The notes under the pieces are model-generated. The model worked only from the letters and a program-made list of their open reading frames with translations. It searched no databases and was not told the origin of the DNA. A stretch of DNA of 39,779 nt. Source: Octopus bimaculoides. Taxonomy: Eukaryota. Of the stretch, positions 23,481 to 34,081 are shown piece by piece. A program made the position numbers and the translations under genes. Numbering within the stretch: the first letter of the stretch is position 1; every line of letters starts with the position of its first letter. Location of the stretch: the NCBI RefSeq assembly GCF_001194135.2, contig NC_068989.1, positions 61,584,434 through 61,624,212 on the forward strand. The letters are read 5' to 3'.

Positions 23481-24599
23481 CTAAAGGTTTCTTATGTAAT
23501 TTTCAATATTTACTTGAGGTCAGCTCACTTCTACAATAGTAAGAAACGTAGATCATATGAATAAATTGTAATCCTGATATTTATATAGAATAAATGTTGT
23601 GTCTGAGAATGTCGTCCAGATTATCACCGTTCCAAAGGTCTACTATTGCCAAATATTTCTGGACTAAATAATTGCAGTTTGATTAAAATACCTGTAAAAT
23701 TGTGCGATCAACATGAGTTAAAGGGTCATATTTCTCTTCTGCTTGAAAGTAATTTACTTCACATACGTCTGTAATCCACGTAACATCTTCCTGGTAGCAA
23801 GTACGTTGGCAATGTAACTTGAGAAACAAATCAGCTTCAAAACAAATGAAAAATTTAAGCATTTAAAATGTACAACCAGTAAAAATGTTATAGATTGTAT
23901 AGCAAAACTATTTTAATTGATATAAACAATCATAAAATACTTTGAAAAATGAAAAACTGTTGAATTACAACTTGCTTTGGTCTTTGTATATTGTCAAATC
24001 CCACAAACATCAACAACTATCGAAAATTCAAAACAGTTTCCAGAATCCACAATGAATTAACCAGCGTCGGCATAAATTTTAAAGCGATATTTTAAAAAGA
24101 GCCCACAAATGTACAATTCAGAGAACTTCATATTATTGTCTGAAATTCAATTACACTCACTACTTGACGGTATTATTTTAGACAAAGTATACAGTAATTT
24201 TAAGAGAAATTATTAATATTAAAAATCGAATGGTTACTGCAGAGCTGATTCACTGGGAATGTTCATATTTAATAATTGTATCATATACTTCATACCTATG
24301 TAATATCACTCTGTGAAAACTTCATGNNNNNNNNNNATATATATATGTATGCATATATAATAAGGGTAACTTGTTTGCAATTTCATAAAAGAAAGGAAGA
24401 AATATATACGTCACTGAAGTGACTGAGGGCACTAGACAGCACCAGTATTGCTAGAAATAATAGTTAAAGCAACTAAGGGCTGAGAAGGGAGGGCAAGCTA
24501 TAGAAATTATAGCCAGCACTGATTTGTAACGAAGTTTGTATACGAATACGTCTAATGCAAACAATTCGATCGAAGATGAAAAAAATAGATAATGGACAA

Positions 24600-24735
24600 C
24601 ATTCTTAATGGCATTTCGTCTGACTTTACGTTCTAAGTCGAAATTCTGCCGAGGTCCATTTTACTTTTCATCCTTTCGCAGTTGAAAACATATGTACCAG
24701 CTGAGCATTGCGATTGATGTAATCGACCTATTGTT
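24600..24735 (+). mobile_element. tRNA-derived SINE family 2 (OR-type, CORE-like), diverged partial copy
   Basis: GCATTTCGTCTG...ACGTTCTAAGTCGAAATTCTGCCGAGGTCC...TTTCATCCTTTCG homologous to 26782-27012. Confidence 0.7.
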
Positions 24736-25049
24736 ATAATGATTTTAAAGGTTGGATTGTTATAACGCCCACTTCGGTATACAATATAACTAGTAAAACC
24801 AGGGAAGACACGACTATCTCTGACCGCCTACTACGTCCTCATTTTTTTAATCATCCACAATGGACTAACAAAGAGGAGACGATACAGGACATTACATGTG
24901 GGGCTGAAAAAGAAAAAAAGAAAATATCGAATGAGAACATGTTTGATTAATAAATGAAAAGATGAAATGATGGTCACCCGTGCCCCACGACACAGGGAAC
25001 ATCAATCAACATTTTTTTTTTAAACTAACGTTAAATTATCAAAGCATTT

Positions 25050-25520
25050 CTTTATCATTTTGCTTGGCGAAGTCACCTCAGTTTTTGAGACACTCTTGTA
25101 TGTCCTCCGTTGCTGTTACTTCAATTTTCTTTGTTTCCACGTTTAGTGTTCTGTACACTATAATTTTCTCCTCGCGCACTACGTGTCCTCTTTCGGGAGC
25201 GTCACCCTAAGGCAATCTCCCTCCTTCACGATTAATTTCTTGTGTTTTAAAACTCTGTTTATATCCATTTTAACTTCCGTCATTTGCATTGCATCGGCAG
25301 ACAGGCTTTTGCCTCCTGCCGCAGCGTAGCTTGCTATTTCCATACCCAACAATGGGTAGTATAACAATTTTTCAAAATATATTCAAAAGGGTCCAACAAT
25401 AATATATAACAATATTCTTCAACAATTTCAACAATGCACAAACAATTTAACTCACCACACACAACGTTCTCTTCCAGCCAAAATCACAACGCAAACTCAA
25501 AAATGTCTCTACTCTACTAG
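25050..25520 (-). mobile_element. Probable non-LTR retrotransposon 5' UTR and ORF1 N-terminus (decayed)
   Basis: ATG at 25343: MEIASYAAAGGKSLSADAMQMTEVKMDINRVLKHKK..., continuing after a frameshift (REEKIIVYRTLNVETKKIEV). An N-terminal SYAAA motif is typical of LINE ORF1 proteins; no diagnostic catalytic motif seen. Confidence 0.4.
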
Positions 25521-25685
25521 TCCGCTTACTACGTACTCCCGCACTTCACGTACTTATCTTTACTTATAGTGACTACGTTATTCCATTCATTACGTGAGAT
25601 AAGTGCAACATTGTCACTAATTCCCTACAACACGTACCCCACCCTTTACGCTAAAATTTCAGACCAATATTTCTTGTGAATTATT

Positions 25686-25897
25686 GCAGCGAGCTGATAG
25701 AACTATTCACACGCTGGGCAAAATGCTAAGTAGCATTTCGTCCGTTTTTATGACCTGATTTCAAATTCTACCGAGGTCGACTTTGCCTTTCATCCTTTCG
25801 GTCGATAAAATAAGTACAATTCCAATAAGGGGTGGGTGGATCGATGTAAATGAATTTATCCCGCCCTCGAAATTGCTGGCCTTGTGCCAAAAATTGA
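25686..25897 (+). mobile_element. SINE family 2 copy (alternative 3' tail)
   Basis: GCGAGCTG...GGGCAAAATGCT...TTCAAATTCTACCGAGGTCGACTTTGCCTTTCATCCTTTCGGTCGATAAAATAAGTAC; tail AAATTGCTGGCCTTGTGCCAAAA shared with 36991-37202. Confidence 0.85.
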
Positions 25898-26781
25898 TAT
25901 TAACATTTTTTGTGAATCTGATATAAAATATAGCACCAATCATTTATTATTGTACACTATTTTTCATTTTACGGTGAAATATCGATCAAATTATTGTCTT
26001 TCATTTGCTTTCAAATATCCTTGTAACGACGACTGTACACCTCAATTTTTTTTTACTATATCTCATCAACACTAAAGACGTTTCAAAAGGAAGAAATGTT
26101 AATTCTCCTCTGTGTGTTTCCTAACGCTTTCATTTCTGTATGGCGGGGCCAAAATTAGTAGCCGGGATAAAATGAGTAATTTCTGTCACCTTGTTATTTT
26201 CTCCATAAGTGTTTGAAATCATTACATTTGCAAATATTGTATCATCATTTTGTACTGCTGCATCACCTTTAAGAGTAAAAATTGGTCAGCATAATTGTTG
26301 TTGTTGTTATTGTTGAAATTGAAAGACAGGCAGCAGGTACTTCTTTTGCAATAAACTTTTCCTCAACTTTGACCCAATTCTAATGGAAATTGCTAATAAA
26401 ATATCTGGATAATTTTTGGTGTTTAACAATCAATATTCTTTACTCTACTGGATTTCAAGCGAATTTTTACCCACACTAATGTCTAATTTTTAAAATGTTC
26501 TATTTTCAAAAACTGATGTGTTTTATTAGATAAAATGAGCCATGATTAATTTCAATAATTTCTTCTCTTTAACTTCATGGTGCGTAAATGTATCGGGGAA
26601 GAGATCCACTCCAGCACATCATGAAGAAGTTATAGAGAATATTCTGAGTTGAGTTTTTTTTTATTCAATCGAGCTTCATTCATTTCATATGATGCGCTAT
26701 TTTTTTATGATCTCCTCTTTCATTTTATACTTTTGTTGCATTTCTGACCTTTCTGATGTCTAAGGGAGGATACTGATGTAT

Positions 26782-27012
26782 TATTTCTTTACTACCCACA
26801 AGGGGCTGCACACAGAGGGGACAAACAAAGACAGACAAACGGATTCAGTCGATTATATCGACCCCAGTGCGTAACTGGTACTTATTTAATCGACCCCGAA
26901 AGGATGAAAGGCAAAGTCGACCTCGGCGGAATTTGAACTCAGAACGTAGCGGCAGACGAAATACCGCTAAGCATTTCGCCCGGCGTGCTAACGTTTCTGC
27001 CAGCTCTCCGCC
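26782..27012 (-). mobile_element. SINE family 2 (OR-type), full length and little diverged
   Basis: Reverse complement: GGCGGAGAGCTGGCAGAAACGTTAGCACGCCGGGCG (A box)...GAGTTCAAATTCC (B box)...GAGGTCGACTTTGCCTTTCATCCTTTCGGGGTCGATTAAATAAGTACCAG...GTGGGTAGTAAAGAAATA. Confidence 0.92.
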
Positions 27013-28409
27013 TTGTGTATGATTCTGTTTTTGAATGCAATTCAGAATTGAAGAGACAAATTTACCTTATCTTGGTTTACTCATTTTGCCTTTTCTATGC
27101 TCAAAGAGAAAGGTGATAATTTTTGGAAACAGTTCACATTATGTAAAAATGTTTTTAATGAATTTAGGGAAGGTCTCTTAGTTGACATAATTTTTGTAAG
27201 GTTGTAAACCTTCGTAAAAAATGTATTTCTTTTAAAAGTAGACACTCTTCATTGTGCTTCACCCTCCGTCATTTCATTGCCATAAATAGACAAGATGTTA
27301 CCTCACCTGGATTTTTCCACAGCAGAGAACGGTATCGAAGCAAAACAATCCTGGTCGGAGTAATGGGAATAACTGCATTACCAGGTATCACTATATTTTC
27401 ATGTCTGTGATACTAGAAAATTCATAAACACACAACCAACATCCCTACCACTTCTGTAGTGGGCCGTTACTGAAGAAAAAAACAAAGAACTAATCGTCTA
27501 AATATTTCGTCTAGTTATTGAGACTGGTTTCCACGTTAATCATCTCGTATCGTAAGTTTCTGGTCGTCGATTACAATTTGTTGAAATATTAAGCAAACTT
27601 CATATAATTATCGATATATCTTCGTCTTCAATTTTAATTCTTGACAGTCTAGTATTTACGATAACTGGCATATCATTTGCAATATATAATAGGAAATCTG
27701 CATGCTAAAACTGTGAATTGGCGTATTATGTCATACATGTACGTCAGTAATAATGAAACGTGTGTAAGACTGTACGTATATATANNNNNNNNNNNNNNNN
27801 NNNNNNNNNNNNNNNNNNNNNNNNNNNNNNNNNNNNNNNNNNNNNNNNNNNNNNNNNNNNNNNNNNNNNNNNNNNNNNNNNNNNNNNNNNNNNNNNNNNN
27901 NNNNNNNNNNNNNNNNNNNNNNATATATATATATATATAATATGCTTACGTATACGCAAAAATATACTCATAAACACCGTCATGTATATATACACACAGG
28001 TATAACTGAACATAAACATACGCATGTGCAAACGCGATGATGTGATTGCATGTGTATATGCCAGTGTGCCTGAGTGCATGTGTGTGTATATATGTGTGGA
28101 TGTGTGTGTGTGCGTGTGGATGCGCGCGTGTTTGTGTGTGTAAACAAGATTAAATCTCTTACCATTAAATTCTGACATTTTCCACAGTGAAAGCGAAAAG
28201 AGAAATCTATAAATATATTAAAGGAATTCAAAAAATATTTTGAAACGATAAAAGCCAATATATTTTTGGTACGTTCATATATTCTATCAGTAAAACGTGA
28301 CATATTCATCTTTATTAACACAGTTACCCAATATGTAACCTACGTGAACTTTATGAAAGCAATTTAGCGTTTAAAACATACTCGCGTTTGTAACTAAATG
28401 TGCAATATA

Positions 28410-28517
28410 TGTATGCTCCTCTTTCTTTCTCTCTCTGTGTCTCTCTTTTTCTCTCTGTCTCTCTCTATTTCTCTCTGCCTCTCTCTCTTTCTCTCTGTCT
28501 CTGTCTGTCTCTCTCTT

Positions 28518-28550
<33 letters not shown>

Positions 28551-28601
28551 CTATATGTACACACACACGCATATATATACATATACTTATGCATATACAT
28601 A

Positions 28602-28687
<86 letters not shown>

Positions 28688-28705
28688 TGCAAATATGTAT
28701 ATGTA
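28410..28705. repeat. (CT)-rich and long (AT)n compound microsatellite
   Basis: Direct reading. Confidence 0.95.
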
Positions 28706-29975
28706 TAGGAAAATTGAGAATAGGATAAGATTGTATCAGACATCCAATATTACAGGACACGATTATATATTCAAAATGGAATCCAATCTCAGATGTAGAC
28801 ATAAAATGTTCATTCGTTTTCTGATTCTGAAAATTTTATGGCAGTTGCGTTTATACACATACACCCACACACACACACGCACGCACGCATGCACACACAC
28901 ACATATGTATACATATTATAAAATGCTTTTTGTATTTTATTATATATACATATACATAAACAGATTTAACTAAATATATATATACATATATATATGTATA
29001 AATATATGCATATAGGTACGTATGTGTGTACAGATGTATGGGTGGATAGATGAATCAATGGATAGATGAATGGATGGATGTCTATAGGCATTTAGAAATA
29101 TATATTCCTTGTATAGGCATGGCATTTTAAATGAAAAGAGACTCTGATCATTACTGGAAAATTGTTATTTGGGAGAGTAGGTGAATATAAGCTTGTGAGA
29201 TATTGAAATGTGTGATATCTTAAGAGTGTTAAACGAAAATATACTTTAAAAACGGGAGGAAATGTAAGAAGGGAGAAAAAATATAAGAATGTGTCATAGG
29301 TAGAAGAAAATGGGGGCATGTGTGTGTCTGTTTATGTGTATGTGAGTGTATGTGTGCGTGTGATAATATGTGTGTGTCTGTTTATGTGTATGGGAATGTG
29401 TGTGTTCGTGCGTGTGTTAATGTGTGTGTGTGCTTATGAGAGTGTGTGTGGCTGCGTACACATTTTACGGGTGGATTAAATTGATCATACAAATTCGCTG
29501 TAAACGTGGGTGTAAGTATATATATCACTCACTCAATCATTCACTGTAGCAAAAATATTCTTTGAAATATACTCTTGTGTCGTTTCCAAATTTACTTACT
29601 TTTTTAACAATAATTTTTGAATTAGATGGACACTTAGGCCCATTACAACTATATATATATATACGGAGCAAATAATTCAGGAGAACATATTTGTGAAGAT
29701 ATTATTGACTATGTTATTGACTAGTGTAACTATTAAAAGTGACAACAGAATCAATAATATAGGCGATTACTCACCCAAGAAAGCATTAAATAGCCGAAGG
29801 ATTAAAATTAATCAAAGGACATACCGAGTATGGCGACCTGCTGGAAATAAAAGTCAAATCTGTACATGTATGTATGTGTGTGTATATATATATACGTACA
29901 GAAGTATTCAGTTTTATCACGACAGTTTGACGAACATTGAGGAGAAACTCTGAAGTTATTTTGAAAAGTAGTGTA

Positions 29976-30012
<37 letters not shown>

Positions 30013-30213
30013 GCCGAACTACCGGTTTATTCCGAAGGAAACTGATCAACATCAACACAAAGACACATAAAATGCATTCTTACACACATACATATTCACA
30101 TATAGGTATGTATGTACATGTACGTATCCGTGTATACTCACACACACAAATGCACACACACACGCATGCACACACACAGACGCACACACTGACATACACG
30201 CACACACGCACGC

Positions 30214-30246
<33 letters not shown>

Positions 30247-30349
30247 ACACATATATGTAAGCATGAATATACATATATATATTCATGTATGTATATATGT
30301 ATATACATGTCTATATGATCCTCTTAAATAAGGCTTTAATCTTTGTCAG

Positions 30350-30432
30350 AAATATTTCGGATCTTCCCAGACGAGAAACTGACATGATACTAGCCGTGCC
30401 AGGAGCCTTGGTAGATTTTATGACGAAAACAA
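30350..30432 (+). CDS. Candidate 83-nt coding exon of an unidentified gene
   Basis: Acceptor CTTTAATCTTTGTCAG, donor ACAA|GTAAAT, one open frame NISDLPRRETDMILAVPGALVDFMTKT, GC higher than flanks. No homology recognised; may be chance. Confidence 0.2.
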
Positions 30433-32397
30433 GTAAATGATAAACGATTGATACAGAAACGTGGTCTCTTTCTCTCTCACTCTCTCTCACACTCTCTCTC
30501 ACACTCTCTCTCACACACACACATACAAATACTCACTCGGTGAGTTGTACATTGTTTGGACAGATATGTTAACAATGTGGATTATCTAACGCAATGGGTA
30601 GTTGTATTATTTTATAGTACATAATGATGTGCAATACTACGGTTTCTCAGGTTCCCTTATAATATTTTTTACAATGGGTAACAAAGAGAGTTTTGTTCAA
30701 CTGTTCTCTTTCAATTATAACCTTTTAAAGAACATTATTAAGACCTACCTGCGATCTGTCTGTCTTGAAACTGTCAACAGGAATCAATGAATCATTAGTG
30801 GCCGAGTGCCTCTACGTCTACAAGTGTTGTATATGAGAAAACATATTTAATGACATTTTTCTGCATAATTAAAAAAACATTTCCTTAAACTGCGATGCCG
30901 GATTCAACTCTTCCCCTGAGAAAACCCACTCTTTTGCTAAGTTAGGATGGGATTTGAAAGAAATTGATGCGCAGTCTCTAGCAACCGACCAGGTTCTATG
31001 TATAATATCATGCGCACTCACTTTAGCGGTTGTATAATGTGTATACATTTGTATACAACTGAAGTAAATTACTGACCTGTTTGTCTCATTCTGAGGAGGC
31101 TGTTTCGATCATGGCAAAGAAATGTCAAAGGATCACGGCAAAGGAATATCAATGTTATAAATGTGTGTAACACACTACGGATGTATCAATCTGTAATAAT
31201 AATACTGGGAATCATTAAATGGAAAAATCGGTAGTGCACCATTTTATTGCACAAACATTATAAAATGTATTCAAGAGTGATGGATCGACACAGCTGATAG
31301 AACGGGCATCACAATATATCGTATTATTATTAGTTAAAGCAAAACTGTCATTCATATTTCTGGAGTTGATGAAATATTCTCTACACAAATATTTTTAGAA
31401 TTGTATTCATCTAACCGCCTACCCACAAAATGCATAGGGGTCATAAAATTTTTTATTCATTGTTTAATTAATTTATTTGTATACGTTGGCGTTTGTTAAA
31501 ACTTTACAACGAGAAACAACATAAGTCTGCAAGAGTAAAAATCTGATATAAAAATAAGCTGTTTATCGCTGTTGTAGTCATTCAATGACATCAAGGATAA
31601 CTCATCCTCAACTACCTCAGGATGTATCTTTTCTTTTTTTTAATTCTGAAGTAGTGTGATTGCTTTCTAAAAAAGGAAATGCTTTGAACCATGTAATATT
31701 AATAAAAGATATTGAATGATCTCGAAATATTCAATATTCATCCAGAATACTTATCCAACTACAGATATATGATTTCATTCATATGTATGTGTAATACATA
31801 CATACATAAATATATGTAAATATCACACAAACACACACACACACACACACATGCTGTGTGTGTATATTTCTACATACGTTCTAATTGTTTTTGAGAATAG
31901 TAGATCTTGAAGCAGATGATAAAGTTATAAGTAACAGCGTGTAAATATTGGGTTAAATACGCCTTCGGTCAAAAATATCTAATACACTACTTCACATTTG
32001 AGTTCTATTTAGCCTCATACTGAAGCAATTTATATGGGTATGTAATATTGTGAGTATACGCATACATATATACATACATACATATATATGTATGTGTGTG
32101 TGTATACATATCGTGTGCATATGCTTGGAATTGACAAAATCAATTAGGCACACACACACACATACACACACACACACAAATATATATGCATGCGCGCGTG
32201 AGTTAGAGAGAGTGAGGCAAGGAGAGAAAGATAGGTAGAGGCAGGAAGTGAGAGGGAGACCGAGAGGTAGGGGTAGAGGTAGAAATTCATATTCCTTTGA
32301 AAATAAATATAGGAAACGTTTGTATCTGTATGGTTGATCTACACAGCTACAAAATAGTGATGCATAAATACGTACAAACCTGAGCGAGTATGTACCA

Positions 32398-32524
<127 letters not shown>

Positions 32525-33088
32525 CATACTTATACATACCTATATATATTTGTTGTACATGTGTGTTTTATAGTAAAAACGAAAATAATTATCTTCAATT
32601 TCATTTTTGTATCCAGTTTTCAAGATTCTCTATGTGAACCCGTGTATTGAAACACATTTTGTTGTGTCTTGGGAGAGTCATTAGGCCAATATAATTAACA
32701 CACACACTGGTTCAATTGCACTCCTTCATTATTAGTCAAATGATTAAATCTCCAACTGACTAATCGATTGTTTAATTTGACAAGGTTACAAGTAGCAACG
32801 AAAGAGCTTTGACAAACAAAAACAAAATAAATTAAAAACTTGGTTATTTAGTTGGATATTTAACGAATTTAAATTTTCACTTTTACATGACGTTTGGAAT
32901 ATTCTAAAACGTTGAACAAGCGTATATGAGAACCATGATTTCAGCTCTTTATACTGATCATTTTCTTGGTAACCGAAACCTAATGCCTTGGGTAATAAGG
33001 GATCTCTCAAAGATAATCTTTTGCAAATGTAATTAATATTTCAATTTTCAAACAAAACATGCAAACATTGAACACATTGTAAGTTCAC

Positions 33089-34081
33089 ATTGGATATAAA
33101 AAAATAATGGCTTTTTTTAATGAAAAGTAACGATTAATATATACAATTAGATGAACTGAGGGAGAATTAAGAGGAATAAAAGTCATTATTTTGAATTGTT
33201 AAAGAGATTCAAAGTCATACCGGTATCGTCAAACGCTTTTCACTGACTTTGAATGAGCACTGATTTCCAAACACGGTCGGGTTTACTACTTCCTGAGTAA
33301 AAAGATTACGTGCAAGAGAGGTAAGTACTTCTGGACGTGGTGTAATTAGGGTAGATACAATACTGTAATGTGAATGGTATATGGATGTATGGGAACTAGT
33401 GGTATTATCGGTAAGGTTAATAGTGTTCTGTATTATGTTATGTGTTCATGTTAAGTTGTGGAGGATATTTGTTGATGAAAGTTGACTCTTTATTCATTCT
33501 TTGCTGTACTGGGGTGTTCTGTGAACATTGATAGAAGGGGAAAATTAGGGTGTTACGATTAAGGTTATTTCACCTTGTTTAAATTGGAGCTCTGTATCCT
33601 CCAAAAGGTGAGGGCATGTACCACAGTCAGTCCGACCGAATTTTTTCATTTTTGGTTTCGTTGTTAATGGATATAGTCTTGCATTGGTTAATATTTTTTT
33701 GAATGATTTCGGTTGCATTTTGCTCTTGATAATTTTATGAGATCCTAAAAGTGTGTTCATTGTTTTATCTCCTGTGAAAATTGGTACATTATGGATGATA
33801 ATGTTGAAGGCTTCATTGTTTTTAGGGTTATATGTGGAGATGCATGGGAGTCCTTTTAAGTCTTACCTCCCTTACACATAATCTTTTTACTCATGGACTA
33901 GTAGACCCGTTCCTGTTTGGAAATCGGTGCTCATTCAAAACCAGTGAAAAGCATTGACTTTGAATTTCTTTAATATTTCAAAATAATGACTTTTATTCCT
34001 CTTAATTGTACCTCAGTTCATCTAATTGTAAATATTTATCGTTACTTTTCATAAAAAAGCCTTTATTTTTTTATATCCAAT
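33089..34081 (-). mobile_element. 5'-truncated Penelope-like element with inverted pseudo-LTR arms
   Basis: Core (33860->33340) translates LPCISTYNPKNNEAFNII..., IIKSKMQPKSFKKILT, GRTDCGTCPHL (Cys linker), then FYQC...NKESTFINKYPPQLN* (GIY-YIG C-terminus; catalytic core deleted). Arms 33089-33330 and ~33860-34081 are reverse complements (~85% by eye). Confidence 0.85.
33207..33254 (-). ncRNA. Degenerate minimal type I hammerhead in the PLE pLTR
   Basis: 11-bp stem I ATTCAAAGTCA/TGACTTTGAAT enclosing GTGAAAA (vs CTGANGA) - GCGTTTGAC - GATAC (vs GAAAC) - palindromic ACCGGT + A (GUA triplet). Confidence 0.55.

Noticed and set aside
26137-26770. Possible Tc1-like TIR (GGCGGGGCCAAAATT) and transposase debris
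   Set aside because: No DDE/D motif or second TIR could be read with confidence.
32887-33020. Protein-like minus frame LRDPLLPKALGFGYQENDQYKELKSWFSY...
   Set aside because: Acceptor lacks a polypyrimidine tract, donor is weak, and phases do not link to the other minus-strand candidates.
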